DNA from: an uncultured Anaerolineales bacterium
GTDB taxonomy: Bacteria; Planctomycetota; Phycisphaerae; FEN-1346
Length of the DNA: 60,252 nt
NCBI GenBank assembly: GCA_964577175.1
Contig: CAZNYC010000005.1
Location: 1-60,252 of the forward strand
Reading direction: 5' to 3'
Part shown: one piece after another, positions 36,219 to 45,350 of the stretch
How positions within the stretch are numbered: the stretch's first letter is position 1
How the letters are laid out: each line of letters starts with the position of its first letter
Made by a program: the position numbers and the translations under genes
Notes under the pieces: generated by a model
The model's input: only the letters and a program-made list of their open reading frames with translations
Database searches by the model: none
What the model was told of the DNA's origin: nothing

Positions 36219-37064
36219 ATGAGCATCAAGGCCCGATGGATCGCCGTCTGCCTGGTCGGTGCCGTTCTGGCCGCCGGGTCCCATGCCCCCGCCGAAGGGG
36301 CCGAGAAGCAGTCGCTTCTCGTCCAGGGGTCCACCACGGTCGGCCCGATTGGCGACGCCTTCGCCGAGGCGTTTATGCGCAAGTTCGCCGACGTCTCGGT
36401 CACCGTCAAGAAGACGGGGTCCGGCGACGGGGCCAAGGCGCTGCTGGACGGCCAGTGCGACGTGGCCAACATGAGCCGCTTCATGAAGGAGAAGGAGTAC
36501 GCCGCCGCCGTCGAGAAAGGGTTCCTGCCCGTGGCACACGTGGTGGCGATGGACGGCGTATGCGTGGTGGTGCACCCGTCGAACCCCGTCAAGGAACTGA
36601 CGACCGACCAGGTCCGCGCCATGTTCCAGGGCAAGGTCACGAACTGGAAGGACGTGGGCGGCGCAGACATGGAAATCGTCCTCTACAGCCGCGACACCTC
36701 CTCCGGCACTTACGAGACGTTTCACAACCTCGTGATGGCCAAAGAGAAGATGGGCTCCGGCGTCGAATACGTCGCCAGCAACCCCGACATGCACAAGCAC
36801 GTCTCGACGACGCAGGCGGCGGTCGGATACGTCGGGCTCGGCTTCGTGGACGAGAAGATCAAGGCGCTCAAGGTGAACGGCGTCCTGCCCACGAGCCGGA
36901 CGATCGCCTCCGGCACGTACCCCATCGCCCGGCCGCTGTTCATGTGGACGCGCGGCTTTCCGGTCCTGGGTTCGCTGACGCACGCCTTCGTGACGTTCCA
37001 CCTCAGCGAAGAGGGCCAGGAGATCATCGAGTCGAAGGGCTTCATCCCGGTCACGAGTTACTAA
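36219..37064 (+). CDS. pstS: Phosphate ABC transporter substrate-binding protein
   Basis: RBS GAAAGGAG. Signal peptide. LVQGSTTVGP, KKTGSGDGAKALLDGQCDVANMSR, YSRDTSSGTYETF. Confidence 0.85.
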   Translation: MSIKARWIAVCLVGAVLAAGSHAPAEGAEKQSLLVQGSTTVGPIGDAFAEAFMRKFADVSVTVKKTGSGDGAKALLDGQCDVANMSRFMKEKEYAAAVEKGFLPVAHVVAMDGVCVVVHPSNPVKELTTDQVRAMFQGKVTNWKDVGGADMEIVLYSRDTSSGTYETFHNLVMAKEKMGSGVEYVASNPDMHKHVSTTQAAVGYVGLGFVDEKIKALKVNGVLPTSRTIASGTYPIARPLFMWTRGFPVLGSLTHAFVTFHLSEEGQEIIESKGFIPVTSY

Positions 37065-37224
37065 GAGCCTATCCGAATACCCCCTCGTCGGCCCGAGGCC
37101 GAGCGAGGCGGCCGCAGGCAAGGAGGGCGAAGCAGGCAACCCGTCTCCGGGTTGGCGATGCAGCCCGACGCCGTCTGCGGTCGCCGCAGCCGGCCGAAGC
37201 CAGAGGGTGATTCGGATAGGCTCT
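37064..37224. mobile_element. MITE-like element, family B, long copy (161 bp) with 15-bp perfect terminal inverted repeats AGAGCCTATCCGAAT
   Basis: AGAGCCTATCCGAATACCCCCTC ... GAGGGTGATTCGGATAGGCTCT. Its first base is the last A of the pstS TAA stop codon. It carries about 83 bp of internal sequence absent from the copy at 14756. Confidence 0.75.
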
Positions 37225-37265
37225 AAGGCTGTTTTGTCAACTCTTGCCAACCGACAACGACTCGA

Positions 37266-37450
37266 GCGCGGTGGGCAGTCTTGCCCACCGCGCGGTGCCC
37301 ACGACTGGGCACCGCGCCACGGCCCTTGTGGATGATGGCGACGTTGACAACGTAGCCCTAAGCGGTCCGACAAGCGTTTTGCGCGGTGGTTCTCCGTAAC
37401 CACCGCGCAACAAGCGGGTGAACCGCGGCGGGTACGGAGACCCGCCGCGC
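37266..37450. repeat. Array of four REP-type hairpins: two 12-bp perfect stems (37266-37293, 37290-37317) and an inverted REP doublet (37381-37408, 37424-37450)
   Basis: GCGCGGTGGGCA-GTCT-TGCCCACCGCGC; GCGCGGTGCCCA-CGAC-TGGGCACCGCGC; GCGCGGTGG-TTCTCCGTAA-CCACCGCGC; CGCGGCGGG-TACGGAGA-CCCGCCGCG. Confidence 0.7.
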
Positions 37451-37509
37451 AAACACGTTTCAGGACTCATGTGGGACCTCGCAGGCCGGGTCCCGAGGAA
37501 CCGCAGCCC

Positions 37510-38532
37510 ATGAGCCGGACACCGGGCACCACAAGGCGACGCGAATCGGCGGCAGCGGTCGGGTTCGACCGGCCGCTTCTGCTGACCGCGCGCGAGGACC
37601 TGGTCGGCTACGCCAGCAGCCTGGCCGGCCGGTCGCTCCTGTTCCTCGTAGCCGCCTCCAGCGTGCTCGCGGTCTTTTTGATCTTCATCTTCATCACGCG
37701 CGAGGCGTTTCTGTTCTTCGTTCAGGGTGAGACGATCGGCGAGGCGTTCCGTTTCTTCCTGGAGCGCGCCGGCGAGGTCTTCGGCAGCGCGGCCTGGCAC
37801 CCGGAACACGAAGCGGAGCCGGAATTCGGCATGCTGGCGCTCATCGCCGGCTCGTTCTACGTCACGTTCGGGTCGGTCCTCATCGCCGTCCCGCTCGGCC
37901 TTCTGACGGCCGTGTGCCTGAGCGACATCTTTCCGTTCACGCTGCGGCAGGTGACGAAGCCGGTGGTGGAAGTTTTGGCGGCCATTCCGTCGGTGGCGTA
38001 CGGCTTCTTCGCGGTGATGGTCGTGAAGCCGTGGATGCAGCAGTACCTGGGTGTGCCGAGCGGGGCGAACGTGCTGAACGCTTCCATGATTCTGGCCGTC
38101 ATGGCCGTGCCCACCATCGTGAGCGTGTCGGAGGACGCCCTGACGGCCGTGGGGCGCCCGCTGCGCGAGGCCTCCTACGCCCTCGGCGCCACGCGGGCCG
38201 AAACGATGGTCCGCGTGGTCATCCCGGCGGCGCATAACGGCATCATCGCCGCCGTCATCCTGGGCATGATGCGGGCGGTGGGCGAAACGATGGTCGTGTG
38301 GATGGCGGCCGGCAACGCCACGCAGATTCCGCACCCGTGGTGGGACCTGACGGAGTCGGTCCGGACGATGACGGCGACCATCGCCCAGGAGATGGGGGAA
38401 ACGGCGCACGGGTCGGTGCACTACCATTCGCTCTTCACCATCGGGCTCATCCTGCTGGTCTTCACGTTCGTGCTGAACACGCTGACGGAGTTCCTCCTCA
38501 GCCGCATGCAATTCCGGGGGGCGAAGTCATGA
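37510..38532 (+). CDS. pstC: Phosphate ABC transporter permease PstC
   Basis: Multi-TM protein. EAA-type loop [25 protein letters not shown] at 37510 preceded by GAGGAA. A GTG at 37471 is an alternative start. Confidence 0.85.
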   Translation: MSRTPGTTRRRESAAAVGFDRPLLLTAREDLVGYASSLAGRSLLFLVAASSVLAVFLIFIFITREAFLFFVQGETIGEAFRFFLERAGEVFGSAAWHPEHEAEPEFGMLALIAGSFYVTFGSVLIAVPLGLLTAVCLSDIFPFTLRQVTKPVVEVLAAIPSVAYGFFAVMVVKPWMQQYLGVPSGANVLNASMILAVMAVPTIVSVSEDALTAVGRPLREASYALGATRAETMVRVVIPAAHNGIIAAVILGMMRAVGETMVVWMAAGNATQIPHPWWDLTESVRTMTATIAQEMGETAHGSVHYHSLFTIGLILLVFTFVLNTLTEFLLSRMQFRGAKS

Positions 38533-40178
38533 ACGTCCGCCTCCGCCGCCTGCTCAACCGCGGATTCAGCGGGGTCTCCGTCCTCTCGGTCCTCCTGCTG
38601 ACGGCTGCGCTGGTGGTGATTCTCGGGCCGATGCTTCTGGAGGGTGCGACCGCCGTCTTCTTCGACGGCACGGTCGAGTTCCGCCAGGTGCAACTGCAGC
38701 GGTTCGGGCGGGGCAACCCGGCGGCGGTAAAGCGCGAGACGGCCGCCACGGAGAAGGCACGCGAGCCCGTGTACCGTATTCTGGACCGGTTCGAGCAGGG
38801 CATCGACACCGCCCGGCTCGAAGACGACGCCCGCACCGTCTATCGGGAACTCGGCAAGCAGTTGAAACACCGCGACGACGTGACGCCGGAAGAGCGGCTC
38901 GAGATCCGCCGCTTCTTCCGCGGGCTCCGCAACACGCTCATCGACGCCTACGAGTCGGCGGACAAGGCCGACGCGCGGCGGCTGATCGGAGAAGTGCTCG
39001 CGCACGAGTCGGATCCGCGCCTCGCCGACACGGTGGCCGAACGCCTCTTCCGCATGGCGCGCGACTACCGCCGGCTGCTGGAGACGTTCGACCTCTCGCA
39101 GCGCGAGGAGTACGCCGCCGCCCTGGAGGAAGTGCAGGCAGCCGTCCGCAAGTTGCTGGGACCCCGTCCCGGAGAGCCGCTGCCGAAACTGGCCATGAAC
39201 CGCTACGGCGCCCACCGGATGGACCTGGTGGCGCGGTGGTCGGACGACCTCTTCTATGCGGAGAAGTGGGTACAGGAGGAGGAAGGCCGGCCGCTCGTCA
39301 AGAAACGGATTCCGCGGGAGGAGCAGTTCGCGGGAACGGAACTGGCCCCTCTCTTCCCGCTGTTCCGGGAGAACATCGACGAGATGTTCCTGCCGCGCTC
39401 TACCGTGTACTGGCAGTACTTTCTGGACGACAGCGTCCCGGGGCACTATTTCGGCGGTGTGGGCGAGGAGATTCTCGGCACGCTCACCATCACGGTGCTG
39501 GCGATTTTGTTCGCGTTTCCCCTGGGGCTGGTCTCGGCGGCGTACCTGGTCGAGGTGGCGGGCGACCACGTCGTCGTCCGGTTCATCCGGATGTGCATCA
39601 ACACGCTGGCCGGTGTGCCGAGCATCGTGTTCGGCCTGTTCGGCCTGGCGTTCTTCGTCATGGTGATCCAGGAGGCGAGCGACGGGGCGCTCAAGGGCCC
39701 CAGCGTCCTGGCGTGCGCGCTGACCGGGTCGGTACTCATTCTGCCGGTCGTCATCCGGGCGAGCGAGGAGGCGATCCGGGCGGTGCCGACCTCCTACAAG
39801 GAGGCGGCGCTGGCGCTGGGCGCGAGCCGGCTGCGGTGTTTCCTGACGGTCCAGTTGCCCGCCGCCCTCCCCGGCGTCCTGACGGGCGTCATCCTCAGCC
39901 TGAGCCGCGCCGCCGGCGAGACCGCGCCGTACCTGTTCGTCGGAGCCGCCGCCACGACGGATCCGCTGTGGCAATCCGCCGCCTGGGATTGGCCGTGGCA
40001 GCAGACCCAGATGCTCTCCTACGGCGCGTACGACCTGGCGATGAACGACCGCATCGCCGCCATGGTGCCCCATCAGCAGTGGGGCATGGTCATGACGCTG
40101 ATCCTCCTGACGCTGACCCTGAACATCCTCGCCATCGTGGTGAGGTGGCGCATCAGCCGAAAACTGCGCGGCACGTGA
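38529..40178 (+). CDS. pstA: Phosphate ABC transporter permease PstA (long form with a large insertion after TM1)
   Basis: The ATG at 38529 overlaps the pstC TGA (ATGA). [33 protein letters not shown] loop [22 protein letters not shown]. Confidence 0.85.
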   Translation: MNVRLRRLLNRGFSGVSVLSVLLLTAALVVILGPMLLEGATAVFFDGTVEFRQVQLQRFGRGNPAAVKRETAATEKAREPVYRILDRFEQGIDTARLEDDARTVYRELGKQLKHRDDVTPEERLEIRRFFRGLRNTLIDAYESADKADARRLIGEVLAHESDPRLADTVAERLFRMARDYRRLLETFDLSQREEYAAALEEVQAAVRKLLGPRPGEPLPKLAMNRYGAHRMDLVARWSDDLFYAEKWVQEEEGRPLVKKRIPREEQFAGTELAPLFPLFRENIDEMFLPRSTVYWQYFLDDSVPGHYFGGVGEEILGTLTITVLAILFAFPLGLVSAAYLVEVAGDHVVVRFIRMCINTLAGVPSIVFGLFGLAFFVMVIQEASDGALKGPSVLACALTGSVLILPVVIRASEEAIRAVPTSYKEAALALGASRLRCFLTVQLPAALPGVLTGVILSLSRAAGETAPYLFVGAAATTDPLWQSAAWDWPWQQTQMLSYGAYDLAMNDRIAAMVPHQQWGMVMTLILLTLTLNILAIVVRWRISRKLRGT

Positions 40179-40231
40179 GATTCGCCTTGAGTCCGAGCCG
40201 CGACTTGCTTAAAAACACACGAGGTTCCGAG

Positions 40232-41113
40232 ATGAGCGATATGCCGGAAACCACCGCCTCGACGCCGGAGACGATCGGCGGGACGACCGGGCGGCCCAGG
40301 GAGTCATCCATGCCGGCGATAGCCATTGATCACCCCCGGCGGAGGCCCCTCGAAGCCGGTGACCCCGTCGTCTGTTCCCGCGACTTCTGCCTCTATTACG
40401 GGCGCAAGACCGGCGTCAAGAACATCACGATGGACATCTACCCGAAGTCGGTCACCGCCATCATCGGGCCGAGCGGGTGCGGCAAGAGCACGTTCCTGCG
40501 AAGCATCAACCGCATGAACGACCTCATCCCGACCGCCCGGGCCGAAGGGGCCCTGTTCGTCGGGGGGACCAACATCTACGACAAGGCGGTCAACCTCGTC
40601 AACCTGCGGCAGCAGGTGGGGATGGTGTTTCAGCAGCCGAATCCCTTCCCGAAGAGCATCTACGACAACATTGCGTACGGCCCGCGGCTTCAGGGACATC
40701 GGAGCCGGGCGAACCTCGACGCCCTGGTCGAGCAGTGCCTCCGCAGCGCCGCCCTGTGGGACGAGGTGAAGGACGACCTCCGGAAGAGCGCCCTGGGCCT
40801 CTCCGGGGGGCAGCAGCAGCGGCTGTGCATCGCGCGGGCGCTGGCCACCGAACCGAAAGTGCTGCTCATGGACGAGCCCTGCTCGGCGCTCGACCCGATC
40901 GCCACCGGCCGCATCGAGGACCTCATCGGCCAACTCAAGGACACCTACACGATCGTCATCGTCACGCATAACATGCAGCAGGCCGCCCGCGTCAGCGAGC
41001 GGACGGCGTTTTTCTGCCTCGGCGACCTCATCGAGTACGGACCGACGGAGGAACTCTTCACCAAGCCCGGGGAGAAGCAGACCGAGGATTACATCACCGG
41101 CCGATTCGGGTAA
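40232..41113 (+). CDS. pstB: Phosphate ABC transporter ATP-binding protein
   Basis: Walker [10 protein letters not shown], signature [14 protein letters not shown], Walker [13 protein letters not shown], PstB-typical C-terminus [17 protein letters not shown] 7 nt upstream of the ATG. Confidence 0.9.
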   Translation: MSDMPETTASTPETIGGTTGRPRESSMPAIAIDHPRRRPLEAGDPVVCSRDFCLYYGRKTGVKNITMDIYPKSVTAIIGPSGCGKSTFLRSINRMNDLIPTARAEGALFVGGTNIYDKAVNLVNLRQQVGMVFQQPNPFPKSIYDNIAYGPRLQGHRSRANLDALVEQCLRSAALWDEVKDDLRKSALGLSGGQQQRLCIARALATEPKVLLMDEPCSALDPIATGRIEDLIGQLKDTYTIVIVTHNMQQAARVSERTAFFCLGDLIEYGPTEELFTKPGEKQTEDYITGRFG

Positions 41114-41161
41114 GCGACGCCCCGGCCCCACCTCGCACGCGGCAGACGAAGGATCCATATC

Positions 41162-41833
41162 ATGTCCGAACTCCAACGGAACGTCGATGCGCTGATGCAG
41201 CAATTGGACCGGATGGGCCTCCGCGTGCAGCAGAGCGTACGCGACGCCCTCGACGCCGTCGAGGCCCGCGACGTCGAGGCCGGCCTGGCCGTCAGCCGGC
41301 GCGACAACGCCATCGACGCCGAAGAGGTGGCCATCGAAAAGGAGTGCGTCCGCCTGCTGGCCCTGTACCAGCCCACCGCGGTGGACCTGCGGAGCCTCTG
41401 CTTCGTCATCAAGGCCAACAACGACCTGGAACGCATCGCCGACAAGGCCGCCAGCATCGGCCGGCGCATCCGGCACCTCGTGGACGACGGCGTGAATCTG
41501 GCCACCTACCCCGAGTGGCGTGACCTCGTGGACCTCGTGACGGAGCGCCTGGACGAGACGCTGCGGACCATCAGTACGCGGGACTGCGCCTCGGCCGAAT
41601 CGCTCGTCACCTCTGACGTCGATGCCGAGGAGGCCTATCGCCGCATCGCCCGCCACATCATCGCGCGGGCACGCGAGGCGCCCGGCGGCGTCGACATGGC
41701 CGTCACCCTGGTGCTCCTCGTGCGGGCGGTCCACCGCATCGGCGAACTGTGCACCAACATCGCCGAGGACATCGTCTTCGTCTGCACGGGCGACATCGTC
41801 CGCCATGCCGACGCGCAGGAATCGGACGGTTAA
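41162..41833 (+). CDS. phoU: Phosphate signalling complex protein PhoU
   Basis: Two PhoU repeats (ANNDLERIADKA and HRIGELCTNIAEDI), 223 aa, directly downstream of pstB. Confidence 0.85.
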   Translation: MSELQRNVDALMQQLDRMGLRVQQSVRDALDAVEARDVEAGLAVSRRDNAIDAEEVAIEKECVRLLALYQPTAVDLRSLCFVIKANNDLERIADKAASIGRRIRHLVDDGVNLATYPEWRDLVDLVTERLDETLRTISTRDCASAESLVTSDVDAEEAYRRIARHIIARAREAPGGVDMAVTLVLLVRAVHRIGELCTNIAEDIVFVCTGDIVRHADAQESDG

Positions 41834-41968
41834 GACCCCGTTCGCATTGCTTTCCTCCGGGGCACACATACCTTGTAGTGCGCGTTCCCGGGGCGCCCTT
41901 TTCCACGTCCGCTTTCCCTCCGAGTCCCCCCGGCGCCGGACAAACGAAGAGTTAGCGCAAAAGCAATC

Positions 41969-42041
41969 GTTAACGGCCCCTTCAAACTTAACCGCCCGTT
42001 AATGCGGCGCGTATAAGGGCTTAACGGGCCCTTGCCAGAAT
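41969..42041 (+). promoter_or_regulatory. Candidate Pho boxes: GTTAACG at 41969, then CTTAACC, GTTAATG and CTTAACG at 41987, 41998 and 42020, followed by a candidate -10 CAGAAT at 42036-42041
   Basis: Same 7-mer type and same 11/22-bp phasing as upstream of pstS. Located 80-150 nt upstream of the porin ATG. Confidence 0.4.
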
Positions 42042-42121
42042 TCTAACGTGCTGCGGTCGCCGGCGCAAGCGAGCGGCGCTTGCCCCGACCCCGAATCGCC
42101 ACTCGTCCGAAAGGAACTGTC

Positions 42122-43570
42122 ATGGCAAGAATCAGGGGTGTCGTGGCCGTATTTGTGGGGGCCCTGCTCCTGGGGCCGGCGGCAGCGTGGGCGGCGGAGC
42201 CCTCGATGGCCGACCTCGAACGCACCGTCACGGCCCTGAAGACGCGCCTCCGAGACCAGGAACGCCGCATCGCCGAACTCGAGGACAACCAGGGCGACCA
42301 GGCCCACCGCCAGGAGATCCGCAAGATGGTCGACGAGGCGGTCGGCGATATCGGGCCCGACGACTTCCGCCTTTACTGGGATAACGGGATGCGGGCCAAG
42401 ACGGGCGACGGCCGCCTCAGTATGAAATTCGGCGGCCGGCTCATGTACGACTGGACGTGGATCGATGGCAACGACATCGAGAACGACTTCGCCGGCAGCG
42501 GCACCGACTTCGAGAACCTCGAAGACGGCAAGGAAATCCGCCGCGCCCGCCTGTACTGGCAAGGCGAGTGGAACAAGAAGATCAAGTTCAAGTGGCAGTA
42601 CGACTGGGCCGACAGCCCCGTCGTCAAGGACCTCTACCTCGAACTCAAGAAGTTGCCCATCGTCGGGAACCTCCGGATGGGCCATTTCAAGGAACCGTTC
42701 GGCCTCGAGGAACTCACCTCCTCCAAGTACGACACGTTCATCGAGCAGGCCTCGCCCAACGTCTTCGCGCCCAGCCGGAACGCCGGCTTCATGCTCCACG
42801 ACGCCGTCCTGGGCGACCGCGTGACGTGGGCCGCCGGCCTCTTCCAGGACACCTCCGACGACCCGGCGAACGACCAGTACGACGAGGGCCAGGCCATCCG
42901 CGACGGCGACGAGCAGTTCACGATGCGCCTCACGGCCCTGCCCTGGTACGCCCAGGAAGGCAAGCGGCTCATCCACACGGGCTTCGCGTACAGTTACCGC
43001 TCGCGCGAGCAGAACCTGCGGTTCCGCCAGCGGCCGGAGGTGCATCTCTCGCCGCGGTTCGTCAACACGGGCCGTCTCGGCATGGTCGACCACGAGAACC
43101 GCATCGGGGCGGAACTCGCCGGCGTGTTCGGACCGCTGCACTTCGCCGGCGAGTACATGACGTCCATCGTCCGGATGTCCGAGGACCTGAACCAGGACGA
43201 CCCCGCCTTCGACGGCTGGTACGTCCAGGTCGGCTACTTCCTGACCGGCGAGCACCGGCCCTACAAGAAGTCCAGCGGCCAGTTCGACCGCGTCAAGCCC
43301 AAGTCGAACTGGGACGAGGGCGGCACGGGCGCCTGGGAAATCGCCGGCCGCTACTCCCAACTCGACCTCACGGACAGCGGCCTGAACGGCGGCGTGATGG
43401 AAAACTACACCCTCGGCCTCAACTGGTACCTGAACCCGAACGTCCGCATCATGTGGAACTACATCCACACGCAGGTTGAGGACCTGGGCGGCCTGGGGGT
43501 CCCGGTGGCCTGGCGGGGCATCGATGACGACGCCGACCTGTTCCTCATGCGCCTCCAGGTCGACTTCTAA
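42122..43570 (+). CDS. Phosphate-selective porin O/P family outer membrane protein
   Basis: Signal peptide VVAVFVGALLLGPAAAWA. N-terminal coiled coil LERTVTALKTRLRDQERRIAELE. Beta-barrel-like alternating pattern ending LFLMRLQVDF. Sits next to the pst operon. RBS AAAGGAAC. Confidence 0.75.
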   Translation: MARIRGVVAVFVGALLLGPAAAWAAEPSMADLERTVTALKTRLRDQERRIAELEDNQGDQAHRQEIRKMVDEAVGDIGPDDFRLYWDNGMRAKTGDGRLSMKFGGRLMYDWTWIDGNDIENDFAGSGTDFENLEDGKEIRRARLYWQGEWNKKIKFKWQYDWADSPVVKDLYLELKKLPIVGNLRMGHFKEPFGLEELTSSKYDTFIEQASPNVFAPSRNAGFMLHDAVLGDRVTWAAGLFQDTSDDPANDQYDEGQAIRDGDEQFTMRLTALPWYAQEGKRLIHTGFAYSYRSREQNLRFRQRPEVHLSPRFVNTGRLGMVDHENRIGAELAGVFGPLHFAGEYMTSIVRMSEDLNQDDPAFDGWYVQVGYFLTGEHRPYKKSSGQFDRVKPKSNWDEGGTGAWEIAGRYSQLDLTDSGLNGGVMENYTLGLNWYLNPNVRIMWNYIHTQVEDLGGLGVPVAWRGIDDDADLFLMRLQVDF

Positions 43571-43583
43571 CACGACAACGCTG

Positions 43584-43870
43584 TTGAGGCCGGTAATTGT
43601 CATGTCGCCGGTTGTCATTCTGAGGCGCGGCGCAGCCGCGACGAAGAATCTCGCCTTGGTCTTTGTCGTTTGGGCCTATTCCGTTCACGCCACCAAGCCC
43701 ACGGGGTTGATTGGCGCCCTCGGACAGTGCCCCACGGGTTGCGGTTGGTGGTGTCAGGTACATAGGCCCATTGTCGTTTCGCGTTGGCACGGAGAGATTC
43801 TTCGGCCCCGCGAGCGGGGCCTCAGAATGACAACCGGCGAGCCGCGTCACATTTGATTTACCGGCCTCAA
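43584..43870. mobile_element. MITE-like element, family A, full copy with 13-bp perfect outer inverted repeats TTGAGGCCGGTAA / TTACCGGCCTCAA and inner inverted repeats GTCATTCTGAGG / CCTCAGAATGAC
   Basis: Read directly. Non-coding. The long internal palindromes (GACGAAGAATCTCGCC .. GGAGAGATTCTTCGG and GGCCCCGC-GA-GCGGGGCC) predict a long hairpin. Confidence 0.75.
43671..43770. mobile_element. 100-bp MITE-like insertion nested inside the family A element, with inverted repeats TGGGCCTAT / ATAGGCCCA, flanked by an 8-bp direct duplication TTGTCGTT
   Basis: The uninterrupted copy at 52.2 kb reads CTTTGTCGTTTCGCGTTGG. Here TTGTCGTT occurs at both 43663-43670 and 43771-43778, on either side of the extra 100 bp. 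Confidence 0.7.
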
Positions 43871-43961
43871 TAAGTCGGCACATTGTACGCGGCGGGTCGG
43901 AGCCTGTCCCGAAGGAAGTGGAGGGGCACCCGCCGCGCACCGGCCACCTCGTAAACCGGTT

Positions 43962-45350
43962 CTACTCCCGCCGGCCGCAGCACCGCTTGTACTTCTTCCC
44001 CGACCCGCAGGGGCACGGATCGTTCCGCCCGACCTTGCCCCCCGCCGCCGCGCCCGGCGCGGGCGCACGAGGAGCGGTTCGCCTCAGCATCGCACGGCCC
44101 TCCGCCGACGGGACCGGGGCGCCCCTGCCCTGCGGCCCGGCGGCCGACGCCCGGCGATGGGCTGCCGCGCCCGCGTCGGCCCGCGTCGGCGGCACGTCAC
44201 CCCGCCGGATGTACTCCGCAATGCGCCGCAGTTCCGGCAGCGCCTCGGCGAAGAACATCTTGTACGCCTCGCAGAAGTGGTTGACGCGCTGCGGGTCCCG
44301 CCCGATGGGCCGGTGATGCTTCGGGCACCCCGCCTGGCAGAACTCCAGGAACTCGCACTCCCGGCACGCCTCCGGCCGGTCCGTCTTGAGGCGAGCGAAC
44401 TCCTCCAGCAGCGGGTTCTTCAGCACCTCGACCAGCGGCGTCTCCACCAGGTTCCCCAGGTACCACTCCTTGAAGACGAAGTGGTCGCACGCGTACACGT
44501 CGCCGTTCCATTCCACGATGTGGGCGGCCGCGCACCGCTCCGAGTGCACGCACGTCGACGCCTTCCCGTACAGGATGACGTGCAGCGCGTCGTCGATGAA
44601 CCGGACGGAGACGCGGCCCACGTCGCGCTCGGCCCATTGCTCGAAGACCTCCAGCATCCACCGGCCGTATTGCTCCGCCGAGGGCGAGAAGTCCGTCGGC
44701 TCGTCCGTCCCCGGCACCCGTTCCAGGATGGGGATGAACTGCAGATAGGTGATGCCCCGGTTGACGAAGTACCGGTAGATGTTCCCGGCATGCGGGACGT
44801 TCGTGCGGTTGACCGTGACGAGAACGTTGAACTCGGCCTGGTGCCTCCGCAGCAGGTCCACGCCCCGCCACACGCGCTGCGACGTGGGCCGGCCCTGCCG
44901 GTCCAGGCGGTTCGCGTCGTGCACCTGCGGGGGGCCGTCGATGCTGACGCCCACGAGGAACTTGTGCTCCGCCAAAAACTGGGCCCACTCGTCGTCGAGC
45001 AGCGTGGCGTTCGTCTGGAGGCCGTTCGAGATCGTCTGCCCGTCCCGCCCGAACTCCTTCTGGTACGCCACGGCCCGGCGGAAGAAGTCCTTGCCGGCCA
45101 TCAGCGGTTCGCCGCCCTGCCACCCGAACTCGCACCGGACGGGCATCGCCTCCAGGTACTGGCGGGTGTACTGGCGGAGGACCTCGTCGGACATCTGAAA
45201 GCGCTGGACGCCCTCATATAGCGTCTCCGGCTTCATGGTATAGTAGCAGTAGCGGCAGTCGAGGTTGCACACCCCGCACACCGGCTTGCACATGATGTGG
45301 AACGGGCGGACGGCGTCGCCGACCGGTTTGTCCTCACTGACGTCGCTCAC
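43962..45350 (-). CDS. Radical SAM/SPASM maturase (anaerobic sulfatase-maturating-enzyme-like) with a C-terminal SEC-C metal-binding motif
   Basis: CNLDCRYCYY (CX3CX2C). SPASM cysteines CVHSERC..ACDHF..CRECEFLEFCQAGCPKH. C-terminal NDPCPCGSGKKYKRCCG. The GTG start at 45348-45350 overlaps the upstream TGA (GTGA). Confidence 0.8.
   Translation of the reverse strand: MSDVSEDKPVGDAVRPFHIMCKPVCGVCNLDCRYCYYTMKPETLYEGVQRFQMSDEVLRQYTRQYLEAMPVRCEFGWQGGEPLMAGKDFFRRAVAYQKEFGRDGQTISNGLQTNATLLDDEWAQFLAEHKFLVGVSIDGPPQVHDANRLDRQGRPTSQRVWRGVDLLRRHQAEFNVLVTVNRTNVPHAGNIYRYFVNRGITYLQFIPILERVPGTDEPTDFSPSAEQYGRWMLEVFEQWAERDVGRVSVRFIDDALHVILYGKASTCVHSERCAAAHIVEWNGDVYACDHFVFKEWYLGNLVETPLVEVLKNPLLEEFARLKTDRPEACRECEFLEFCQAGCPKHHRPIGRDPQRVNHFCEAYKMFFAEALPELRRIAEYIRRGDVPPTRADAGAAAHRRASAAGPQGRGAPVPSAEGRAMLRRTAPRAPAPGAAAGGKVGRNDPCPCGSGKKYKRCCGRRE

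Noticed and set aside
37266-37450. Possible CRISPR array suggested by closely spaced GC palindromes. The same question arises at 46313..46374.
   Set aside because: The repeats are not identical direct repeats with regular spacers. They occur in both orientations, overlap each other, and are dispersed as singletons across the window. No cas genes are present. This is REP/REPIN-like, not CRISPR.
43545-43940. Small ORFs sharing the peptide CHSEAPLAGPKNL (43545..43940, 52188..52427, and the tail of 5203..7533), suggestive of a repeated small protein
   Set aside because: The shared peptide is simply the translation of the family A MITE inner repeat and core. The reading frames are not conserved outside the repeat and have no start or RBS context.
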